Part shown: positions 13,901 through 25,900 of the stretch, one piece after another | Numbering within the stretch: position 1 is the stretch's first letter | Layout: every line of letters starts with the position of its first letter | Source of the DNA: Gracilinanus agilis | Lineage: Eukaryota | Direction of reading: 5' to 3' | NCBI RefSeq assembly: GCF_016433145.1 | Contig: NC_058131.1 | Coordinates: forward strand, 48,447,795-48,511,794 | Length of the DNA: 64,000 bases | Program-made: the position numbers and the translations under genes | Notes under the pieces: generated by a model | Told to the model about the DNA's origin: nothing | What the model saw: the letters and a program-made list of their open reading frames with translations, nothing else | The model's database searches: none

Positions 13901-16900
13901 TTTTCAACTCTAGGCATAAGCAGTCAAAACTCTAGCAGGGTCATCTTGGGCCAAGTGGATCACCAAGATTTCCCTAAGAAGTTGAATGCTACAGCTTAAC
14001 TAAGATGGTCTGCCTCATTAAATGGCCAGTTCAGCAAAAATGTCTAAAGGTTGCTAAAACATTTCCAACAGCCCAGTGGGGTAGGTAAGTCTTGTATCGT
14101 TGCATCTGGGAAAATTTAGTTCCCTTTTTCTTAGATTAGTCAAAGCTGTTTAGGAAAGAAGACCCTGAAGGACAAGAGGGCCTCAGGTGGTGGGGAGGCA
14201 CTTACCATGGACTTATCAATGATGCAGAACATGTAGGTGTCATGAAGGAGGATATGTGTAGGCCTCTTGGGATGAAAAGTGATGTGTGTGATTGGTGTAT
14301 CCCTTTCCAGCCAGAGGTAGTGAAGCCCATGTTTCTGTACTTTCCTGCTCCAATCTGTGTACTGTTTTTGGGGGATGCTGAATTCAAAGACCTAGTTGAG
14401 AGCATGATAACAGTATAAAAGTTACCACTGCCCTAAAGAATATCCTAAAAAGAGAAAGAACCTTCTCCAATCTCAGCTGTAAACTACTAAAAACTCAGAT
14501 ATCCATGTAAAGTAAATAAGTTTTGAGGATCTGACCAGTATTTCCCAGGACACCCTGATGATGTATACTAAACCAAAGTATTTAATAACGTGTTTACTCA
14601 ATACTAAGGAAACGTGATGACATGGGACATCTTAGCAAGGCAATGGCGACTACTCCTGGCCTTGGCCAGATGAATACAACAGTCTAGGGATTCAGGTCCC
14701 TTCACCACACTTCCCCAGGGCCACTTAGTGTTATCCTCAAGGTTGCCGTATTTCTGCCCCCTCCCCCTACTCACCTGTTGGTCTGAGTGAGCAATCACAA
14801 GGTTGTTGGTGTTGGGAGCAATGGCTAGGGCTGTTACAGGGAAGTTATAAGCAGGCACCATGCAGTGAGGCTGAGGAAGAGAGAGAGAACAAGGCAGCAG
14901 GGTAAGTGAAACCTTTGTATCCTTCCTGCTCTAGAATCACTCCTGGATTCCATTACATAGTCTGTATAATTGGGAGAGCATCCACCAAAGGGCTGTATGA
15001 AAGCTTTTACATGTCAACATATGAAAACATCAACTTGTAACCACAAAGTTTTCTTCTTCCAGGTGGTTTGAAGTGCACTAAATTCTGAACCTCAGAGGTC
15101 ACATGGGAATTGAGGATAAAGTTGGCCTCAAAGTAAGAAGACCTGGGTTCAAATCTTAGCTTTCAAAAATACTGGCTGTGTGACCTCAAGCAAGTCACTA
15201 ACCTGGTTAGAGGCCCAGGTAGCTGACCATCAAAGATTTGTAAGTTTTTACTAGCTGTCCATCTACACTGGCACAAGGAGTTTCTAATCCAATGACATCC
15301 TAGGTCTAAACAACAATGAAAAGAAGCTTGGACCCACCTTAAGATGCTTCAAATTGTAGATACTGACTCCACTGCTCATGCCAGCTGCAGCCAACCAATT
15401 CCCATCTGGGCTTACTGCCAACAGGGATATGGCCTCCAAGGTCCCTGAGAGAAGAAAAAAGCTTGATGGAATCTCTTGGTTCCCTAGAGAATTATGCACC
15501 TAACAAGGTAGTCAGGATAACGCAAAACTTATTCCTAGGAAAAATTTTATTTCTCCTTAACTTTGCAAATACACCTTCAAAGTTGGCCGGTCCACTACTT
15601 CTTATATCATCTGAGAGAGACAAGAGGAGCATTACATTCCCTATGAATGAGGCTTGCTCACTCAGTAAAACTGTGCCTTGCACAGCAGGCAGTTAATAGT
15701 TGACTGCTCTGAGGGAATTGAAGTAGCTCAGTGGAATGAGAGCCAGGCCTAGAGTCAGGAGGTCCCAAGTTCCAATCTAGCCTCAGACATTTCTTAGCTG
15801 TATGTCTCAGGGCAAGTCACTTGACCTCTATTGCCTACCCCTTACCAATCTTCTTTAGAACCAATACACAATATTGTGATCTAGGACAGAAAGTAAGGGT
15901 TTTAAGTTAAAATAAAAATAAAAAAAAATGTTGCATGCTGTGGCATTCAGAGCTCTTCACAATCTGGCAAGCCCCACACCACCCCTTTGAGCCTCCTGAC
16001 ACTTGATTTCCCATCACACATTCTCCCCACCAGCCAAAGAGGCCTTCTTCCTATTCCTCCCAATTTTGCTCAATGGCTGCTATGCTAAGCATGTGTTCCC
16101 TCCTCTTGGAATCCCTTATTTCTTTCAAAATGGCACCTTCCTCTGATTCCCACTTCCAACTAATGCATTACTCTGAACATACCTTTTATTTATTCTTGTC
16201 CCTCCCCTCCTCCTTCTGTCCCCCACTCTCTTAACAAAACTTAAGCTGCAGAAGGTCACAGACTGTTTGGTTTTGTATGCCTACTGCCTAGCACAGGGCC
16301 CATTTCATAGGAAGTGCTTACTATCTGATCAAGTTAGGAATACATAAGATCCATTTAGGAGCCAGAAAGAAACCATTCATGGATTGAGTAAATTGAAAAG
16401 GAAGTATCAGGGAACTGTGAAAGATAAGGTTGGATTGATAAAAGATTTAGTGATTGGTGGGTCCTGAATTAGATTTTTTGGGAGTGTTGGGCACATCCTA
16501 GGAACCCATATTCTTGCTTGGTTTATTGGAAGCAATGGAAGCTACTGCAGATTCATTAGCCCCATTGAAGTTCCTGAGTCCTAACATGGACAGAAAGCCT
16601 GGAAATTGGGAAGAAAAGCAAGAAATCTCAATAATCTACAACCTGGATAATCAACCACTACACTGTCCTTGTAGTAACAGCCCCCCCCTCCCCCCTCCCC
16701 GGTCTGGTTTAAACAGTAGCAATGGGGTGATCCCTCTTATAGTGGGAAGCACAGACAATGAGAATGACTCTAGGACTTCTTCATTCCCACACCCTGCCCC
16801 ACAAGGAAAATCAGACTATAGGTGGCAGGCTCCTATACTTTGCCTGGCACATTTCCTTTCCTGTTCTCTCACTGCTTAGAGTTTCAACTTTAGACCAGTA

Positions 16901-19900
16901 TACTAATATGTACTTCTAGGTGTGTGAAATAGGATGTGGGTAGAGAATGGAAGTCTACTTAAGGCATTACTTCAGGGGGTCCTCTTCAGGGTGATGGAGC
17001 CTACATAATGCTAGAGAATACAGTCATACCATATTTCAGGGGGGGAAAGAACCCTGTAAAGCAGTCAAAGAATGTCAATACTGCTTGTCATCCTAGACTT
17101 AAATTAGCTAATGAGTGTACTAGCTATGGAATAAAAATGATACACTCTGACAGTGATAAAAAGGAAGAGATTTGCATTGGCTTAACTTTCCCTCTGGCTG
17201 AATTATAGAATAAAAAAACTTAGTGAGGAACAGGTAGATGGGGAATATTTCAGAACCTGTCAGTCTTTTTTTGGCAGAAATCTCCTCCTCCTCTAAACTG
17301 TTACCATCTTGGTATGTGTTAGGGGAAACAAAGCACAGTATAGCACACAATATCTGGGACAGTGAGGACAAGTTCTGGATGCCAACACTCGAGCCAGTAG
17401 TACAATCCTCACCTGACTGTGGCTGAAAGGTGTGCAGGTGCTTCAAGGACCCCTCGAGCAGTTGAATCACATGGAGAGAACCCTGATTGGATGCCACATA
17501 CAACATTTCGGAGTCTCCAGAGAACAAAATCTGGAAAGCAGAACTCAGGAACTTGGGGACTTTAGAAACCTTATAGTATGCAAAAAGGAAGAGTTAGCAG
17601 TTCATTCTCAAGTAGAATTTCCACATCTTAAATAATACTTTGAAAGAAAAACTCTACCAGTCAAATAAAGCTAAGGCTTTAAGATTTCTGCAATATGTTT
17701 TGCCCTCAAGCAAGTGAAATTTAGAAAAAAATATTCTGAGAACTGTATTTCATTGGAATTGGTTTCCTTTTTAATCTTATATATTTTATGTATTTAAAGA
17801 CATTATTCTGAGGAATCCATAGGCTTCTCTAGGGAGCCAAAGGAGACCATGACATAAAAAGGTTAGGAATTCCTGTTGAAGAATGGCCTTGGGTCTATTG
17901 CTGCCTAGGATCATAAATACAGAGCATTTATTTATTGAAATCCTTACCTTCTGTCTTAATTAGGGATACTAAATATCATTCCCAAGGCAGAAGAGTGATA
18001 AGGCCTAGGCAATTGGGGTTAAGAGACTTGCCCAGGGTCCCACAGCTAAGACGTTTCTGAGGCCAGATGTGAATTCAGGACCTTTCTCTAGGTCTGGCTC
18101 TCTATCCACTGAGCTACCTAGCTGTTACACAATTAGCATGTATTACACAATTACTTTGTGCCAGATACCTAACCCCCTTTTGTAAAGATGAGGGAGGATT
18201 AAAGAGGCCAGGGAATTAAATGGCTGGCCCAAGGCTTCATGCGATGTAGATTCCAGAGTGGGCTTTTCCCACTGTATCACTTAGCTTCCCATAATAATAT
18301 TCCTTGCCTGACTTGTTTCACAGGGTGGTTGAAACAACAAATGAGAAAATGAGTGTGAAAATCCTTCACATAAGTTGAGGAATATTAAGATGAAGGAAAT
18401 AACCAAAAAGAAGGGGAAGATTAGGGTAGGAGGAGGAAGGTCCTTTAATACCATGGGATACCCACCAGGGCCTTTGTGTGGTGTATCAGAGATACCCTCC
18501 ACTGGAAAACACAAAAATTGAGGAGAGGAAGTTCTTTAAGAGGCACTGTGCTAGCCTGTACTTACTTACCCTTTTGATGCTCACACTGTTATTTTCATAA
18601 TTCATCCGATAGAGATAAAACCTAGAAGCTGTAGAATAGGCAATCCAGCTTCCACAGGGGGAAATACAGCTGCAGCAAATGTTCTCAGGACCCTGAGAAT
18701 TACAAAGTATGAGCAGACATTCAAATAAAAGCAACATTCAGATCGCTCACTTTACCTGAGAGGTCCTCTTAAATTGCCATCACTAGACACCAAAAAAGGG
18801 AAGCTGTCAATTGGGGTCAATGACTAAATGCTTTTTACCTGACTTCCAAACCAAACCAAAAACAAAATAACAACCAACAAAAAACCCAAACAGGCCTGAA
18901 AATGTCTACATCCCACTACCACTAGCACCTATCAAAATATATTTTCTCCCCTAATATGAAGAAAGAATAAAGGGTAGGAGATGGAGGTGAGCAGCTGGGT
19001 GTGATTCCTTTCTCACTAGAGGAATTCAGAAGACTAGTCAGGGATAATGCTTGCTTGCTAAATGAATGAATGCATTCATGTGGTAGAGGGGATTCCTGTT
19101 CAGGTTAAACTAGATGACATCTGAAATCCCTTCCAACCCTGAAATTCCATGATTTTTTTTTTTTTTGGGGGGGGGGCACTGGGAACTTAGCGGTATGGTG
19201 TTAAAGCCATTTATTTTATGTTTTGGCAGGTATAGAGACATTTAAAAGAATGATATCTTTTCTTATGACTATAATGCACTCACTGATTTGTTTCAGTAGT
19301 TCGATGTAATTAAATTCCACTCTAAAAACTAAGCATCTAGCAGGTCTTAACATGTACCAAGGCTAGTGAGGATGCTAAACTTGGAATGAGGAGGGGAGAC
19401 ACTGTGTACATAAATACAATTTAAGCAGAAATAAATACCAGGTAAATTTATTAGGGGAGTGGAATGAGTAGGAGAGGACTGACCACTGGGGACCATAAAA
19501 GGTTTTAAATAGAAGGTACAGATGAAGGACCACTTTGAGAAAAAATAAGGAACTCTACTGTCAGTTCTGGGTGAGACAAGAGGATATAAACCACACGGAG
19601 GAAAGCCAGGGCAAAGGTTTAGAAGCCAGAGATGCAGTGCTGAGGATGAGAGTGAAGGTTACTTTTGTGGGAATGTTGTGTGTGGTGGTTAGGGTAGGAA
19701 TGAACAATAATGCTAGAAAGTTAGGTTGGGCCAGGTTGTGAGAGGCACTGAAGGCCAAAAAGAAGTTCTTAACTTTCAATGTAGAATCAACATGAATCTG
19801 GAGTTCCAGAGGGGAGTGGCATGGCCAGACTTGAAGAAAATCACTTTGGCAGCTATGGAGAAGATGGATTGGAAAGGGTTGAGAAACTAGAGGTTATTGC

Positions 19901-22900
19901 AAAGGCATTTGGGCAAGAGACTGATGGGGGCTTAAACTGGGAGGATATTGTGGAGGACAAGATGGACCCAAGGATGGAGGCCCTGTGTAGCAAAGTGGTG
20001 AAGAGTCAAGGATAACACCCAGATTGAAAATCTGTATTACTGGAAAGATGAAAACAAGAAAGCTGAGCCATGATAGGTTTGGTAGAAGGGGAGCTATTTT
20101 GGACAGGCTGAGCTGATGTCCAGTCTAAAATAATTAGGATATGGCTGTAGCTGCATGACTAGAGCTCAGGAGAAGGCCTAGGACTCAATATATCAATTTG
20201 GTGAAGAGAAGATAACTAAATCTTCAGAGACTGAGGAGGGGAAGCAGAGCGCACAGAGAAAAGGGTCCAAGATGGAGCACTTGGGGTACAGTCACAGAGT
20301 GGGGTGTGCAGTATGAATGATAATCCAGCCAAAGGCAGGGAACAGGCACAGAACCAAGGGCCCTGAAAAGAGAACATTCAGGAAAATGGGATGTTCAACA
20401 GCTCAGATGTTGCAGAAAGTCCAGGAAGGATGATAATTGAGGAAAGGCAAGGAAGAGATCTTCTGTAACTCTGGAGCAGGTAGTTTAGGCTAGATGACGA
20501 GATCAGAAGCCATACTGCAAAGGACTGAGAAGTGAGGAGAGGAAGCAGAGGCTCTAGGTATACCAGGGAAGACAGATATAGCTAAGGGTGTGGAAGAGAT
20601 TACTGAGGATTTTTTTTTTCAGGATGGAGGACGATTGGGTAAATTTTCAGGCTGCTGGGAAAATACTTCTAATATTGGGGGCTTTCTGCTGGAGAAGACA
20701 AGAGATGGGGCAGATTAAGTTAAGCTATCTTCGGTGCAAAACAATGTCAAGGAAATATGGTCAATGGTTCCAGGAGTTTGTACGAGTCCTTATGCCAACA
20801 AAATTACTTGTCTATGATAAACTTGCTAATTCTATGTATATGACATTTGATAAGTATTTGATATTCAATAAGTATTCACTGGATGAACCAGTGAGTGACT
20901 AAGTGTATTACTGATGAAATAAATGAGGGGAATTCAGACTAGAGAATCAAAATACCACCCTCTATTTCAGGCTCTGTGCATTAAGATTAAGTTGTTTCTT
21001 ACCTTTTTTTTAAGCTGTAGCAAATGTTCTGCATTTCTAGAGAGTGGAAGGATGTCCTCATTCTTTCCTGGAACAAGAAAAGACTTCATTCTTAATGAAG
21101 TTATTTCCCCAAGGACAAAAGTACACTTTCCCCTCTAAAACCATATTGTTATGTGTCAGAAATACCTTGAATCCCTACCAGAGTGGGAAGAGGCCCATGA
21201 AAAACCAGGCAGCTGTTTGGCTGGCCAGCTAGCTAGCTAGCTCATAATCTCCTGAGACTGAGGGAGAGGAAAGCTGTCTGCTCTGCTCTGGCCCCTATCC
21301 TGACCAATCACTCATTTTCCACAACCTCACCCCATTTCCTTGTGTCATGAGAATTTCCCAGACCTGCCAGGAAGAGTGGAGGAGACTAAATAAGCCTGTT
21401 CTCTCACTTACTTGCCCAGAAAGGAACCTCAATGAATAAGGTTATGCCAAAACTCTTGGTTTGCAAGCACCTTCCTTGAAACAGCCTAAAGGAATTCATG
21501 CAAACTTCACTCCTGTTTACAGATGTGGAAACAGAGGCTGAGAGCTCAAGAGATTTGCCCAGGATCACCTCACTAGTGTCTGAAGACTGAACTTTCAACT
21601 TGGGCCTTTTGACCCTAGGCCTTTGCTCTAATCAATTACAAAGGGTGTTGATTCTATTAAAAAGTCTTTGAACCAGAAACATCAAGAGCCCCCTTTGCTG
21701 GCTCTCCAACACTATGAATAATAGTGTTTGCTTTACATACCACTGCACTGTGCTCTGACATAGCTCCTATACAGCAGACTGGGAGTCAGGACACAACAAG
21801 TTCACTGACCTTGAGCAAGTCAAGTCCCCTCCTTCTCCAAAGGAGGTAGCAGTTGTTTTTTTAAAAAACTCTTACCTTTCTTTTAATGACAATTCTAAGA
21901 CAAAAGGGCAAGGGCCAGATGAAGGGGGTTAAATGACTTGCCCAGGGTCACACAGTTAGAAAGTGTCTGGAGTCAGTCTTGAACCCAGGACCTCCACGCT
22001 TCTCCAGGTACTCAGTCCACTGTGCCACCTAGCTGCCCCAAGGTAACAGTTTTATCAAACAGTTTCTAAGTTCCCTTCTAGTGCTAAGCTTCTGGCTCTG
22101 GTTTGTGATGTCATCTCTCCAGGTTTTAGTTTCTTCATCTGTAAAACAGGAGAGCTAGACTAGGTGATATCTCAGTGATTCTTTCAACTTTAAAATTATG
22201 TCTATATAAACTGCAAACTACCTTGATTTAACAACAGCAGGGCCAAAATGAGGTCCAGCTAGAGCAAGTGTCTTAGGCCAGTTTCCTAGTCCTGTCCTGG
22301 GCGAAACCAGAGTTCTGAGTTTCCTGTAAAGCTATGAGCTTGAATGACAACTTGGGTCACCAGTTCTTCCTGTGGAGATGCTTTTGGGGGTTTGTGGGAG
22401 TGAAAATGGGCTACCTAAGAGCATGCATTCTGTAGAAACATAAAAAGCCGCATGTTGTTTTTCAGATCATCCCAAGAGTTCTTTTCTTTCTATGATTCTG
22501 ATTTCAGCTTCTTTCACTATAGTATCGACAGTTTATTTCCAGGAGAAGATGGCTCCCTACTTACCAGCTGCATCAGTGGCTCCCAATCGCCAAAGTTCTA
22601 GACGCTGAGGAAACTGGAAGAGGAGGAGTTGCACCTTCTTAGCACAGGAGATGAGACGCCGCTGTGGCCAAGGAATAACAATCAGCACCAGAAGTTAACT
22701 CTTTAGATTTCCCAAATACAAGGTCAAATAAAAAAAAATATCTTAGTATATTATATAAAGTTGGAACAAAATGGCTTTAATGTATCACTGTTTTTTTATT
22801 TTTGCTCAATTCAACTTTTCCTCAAAACAGAATAATGCAAACAATGAAAGGCAGAAATTGGGCTCAAGAAAACAAATATTGGTGTGTGTAATAGAGTAGA

Positions 22901-25900
22901 TAGAATGCTGGATTTGTTTTCAAGAGAGTCTGGGTTTGAATCGTGTCTCTGTGGCTTCTCGGGTGCCTGTGTGATGTTGAATATGTGACCTCCCTCCCCT
23001 CTCTGGGCCTAAATGATCTCTACTGTTCTTTCCAGCTCTATTATCCTTAACCCATAGAAAGGAGAAACCTCCTGTGCTGCTCACCTCCATGGGGGAAGGA
23101 TCATAGGAACACACTATTAATTTATCTGAAGAGAAAATCAAGTACTGATTTTAGTTAACTGATGATCAAATAAATGCTTAGTAATAAAAAGGGCCCACAG
23201 ACTCAAGACAAAAGGAGAAATGATCTTTGCTGTCATTATAAAAATCAATCTTATTTTTTTTAACATAGTCATAACAACAGGAATATATCTCAAAGAGGGG
23301 AAGAAGCTAAACATTCTGAGAGATGGTACCCCCGCCCCTTTTTTTTAAGAATGGCAATTACCAACGCATATGCCTAATTTTTAACATCTAAAAGGTCTTT
23401 AAAGGAATAGACTTAGCCAGACTGTTTGCACTGAAAAAAGCTGAAAGGAACAAGAAGGCTTTATAAAACTTTTTTTTGTAGTAGAAACATTTCCACTGTC
23501 ACCCAAATGATAGAGGTGTATGGAGCACAAAGTCCCACTATTTTTTTTTTTAAACCCTTGTACTTCGGTTTATTGTCTCATAGGTGGAAGATTGGTAAGG
23601 GTGGGCAATGGGGGTCAAGTGACTTGCCCAGGGTCACACAGCTGGGAAGTGTCTGAGGCTGGGTTTGAACCTAGGACCTCCTGTCTCTAGGCCTCACTCT
23701 CACTCCACTGAGCTACCCAGCTGCCCCCTAAAGTCCCACTATTTTTATCATTTACTCATTTTAAAATATGGTATTTGATTTTATTAAAACAAAACACAGG
23801 GGGCAGCTAGGTAGCTCAGTGGATTGAGAGCCAGGCCTAGAGACAGGAGGTCATAGGTTCAAATCCGGCCTCAGACACTTCCCAGCTGTGTGACCCTGGG
23901 CAAGTCACTTGACCCCCATTGCCTACCCTTACCACTCTTCCACCTATAAGTCAATACACAGAAATTAAGGGTTTAAAATTAAAAAATAAAAATAAAAATA
24001 TAAACAAAACAAAACACAGCCTTATAAGATTTTTTCCAAGAGGGTGTCTTCTATATATATGTAAGGTCCTAAAAGATTCCTTAAAAGATGGACAACTTTG
24101 ATCAACAATTCATTATTTTATCATAAATTAGTTATGGCCAAAAAATGTGACAGGTGTGATGTCAAATTTCTCCATATCCTATTAGAAGTCTGAATGGAAG
24201 AGCAAGTCCCTAAAGTTATTATATTAGCCCAGTTTTTCAAATGCCCCAACAGGAGATAGTATGTTAGTAAGTCTCAAAATCAGAAGCACCCTAGGGCCTC
24301 CTGAAAGAGATCTCTAAAGAAAAATTCCAAGTGAATGAAGAATGCCTTTTAGATAGATCATGACAAAGAGTTTAATGGACAGAACATAGAGTTAGAGGTC
24401 CAAATTTAAAAAGAGTAGAAGGGGCTGAATTTCATTTGGAAAACTGCTCAGTACTTTCAATTCCCAAGATGACCACCTGATACAAAAGCCCAATATTTCC
24501 TTGGTAATGCTATATGTCTGCAAATCATGGAACACCAGCATCACTCAATTAATAACCACTTGTGTGTAAAGAATCAAAACTGGAAGTGGTATACTAAGCA
24601 ATGGAGCATATTCTATCAAACATGGTTGATGTGCTGATTAGTTTAGTTGAACTAATTTTTCCTCCCTCTTTCCTATTTTTTGGCAAGGGATGGTTCTGTG
24701 AGTGGAAGGAGGGGAGGAGAATATGGTTAGAAATTAAGGTGATATAAAATCAAGCTACTGATTATCAATTTTTAAAAAATCCATAACAATGGAAAGATGC
24801 ATGTTAGGTATTAGTCACTGACTTTAAAGACAGGAGTTACACAGTGGTGGCATAGACAATATCACTAAGGGACTCTTGTTTCTAGAAGAGGTGGTTTGGT
24901 CATATACCCAAACTGAAAGCTAGGAAATAACCCAAGTAGGGGGCAGCTGGGTGGCTCAGTGCATTGAGTCAGGCCTGGAGATGGGAGATCCTAGGTTCAA
25001 ATTTGGCCTCAGAGACTTCCACTATGTGGCCCTGGGCAAGTCATTTAATTCCCATTGTCTAGCTCTTATCACTTTTCTGCCTTGGAACCAATACATAGTA
25101 TTGATTTTAAGGTGGAAAGTAAGGGTTTAAAAAAAAACAAAAAACCCAAGTGTAGCATTTTCCACAAAACATTTCAAGTTCTATAGGAAAGCCTTGAGCA
25201 TAATAGACAAGTCTTCTATGAACGGTCTAGGAAAGGATATGGATGAAGATTGCTTGAAGAAGGTTCAATGGGTAATGAGCTCTACCAATAGAGCACAGAC
25301 CCAACTATGTAGTATGCAAGTATAAAAACAGGAACAAAATCCAAATGAAAACACCATCACCTCCACCCCCCACAAAAGGCAGAAATTAGAAAAAGACAGA
25401 AAAAAAGGGCCTCTTACGTGTGGGAAGGTGATTTTCCGTAACGCGGCATCATAGTTCTTGACTTCTACCTTTTCCATGAGTGGTCGAATCACTAAGTGGG
25501 CATCCACACCTCCAGAAATCAGTGCTGTTGGACTGTGAGCCACTGAGCGAACATCATGGGTGTGATGCTGGAAGGGCTTTGTTCTCACCCACTGGCTCTG
25601 CTTGCCATCAGACCTTGAAGGGATCAGTTGGAAATGGAATATGGTCCCCTCGGCTGTGCCCACCACCATGCTATCTTCTTTCTGGGAGATGAAATCATCA
25701 GTGAGAAAGAAAGATAGAGTTAAGGAGGTCAGTATTGGCTCGAGAAAGCTCCCCATGAACTGGTTCCTTTTTGTTGTGACCTCCTAGCTTAGGATTTTGT
25801 TTATATTGTCTGTCTTTGGTTCTTACTCATTTGTTGGAACACATCTGCTGATGGAAATTAAAATTTATGAATCAAAAACATTTCTTTTTTGAAGAGTAGA

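Noticed and set aside
17570-17572. AAG rather than YAG splice acceptor in UTP4
   Set aside because: AAG is an uncommon but normal acceptor. The pyrimidine tract is good and the exon fits the frame exactly.
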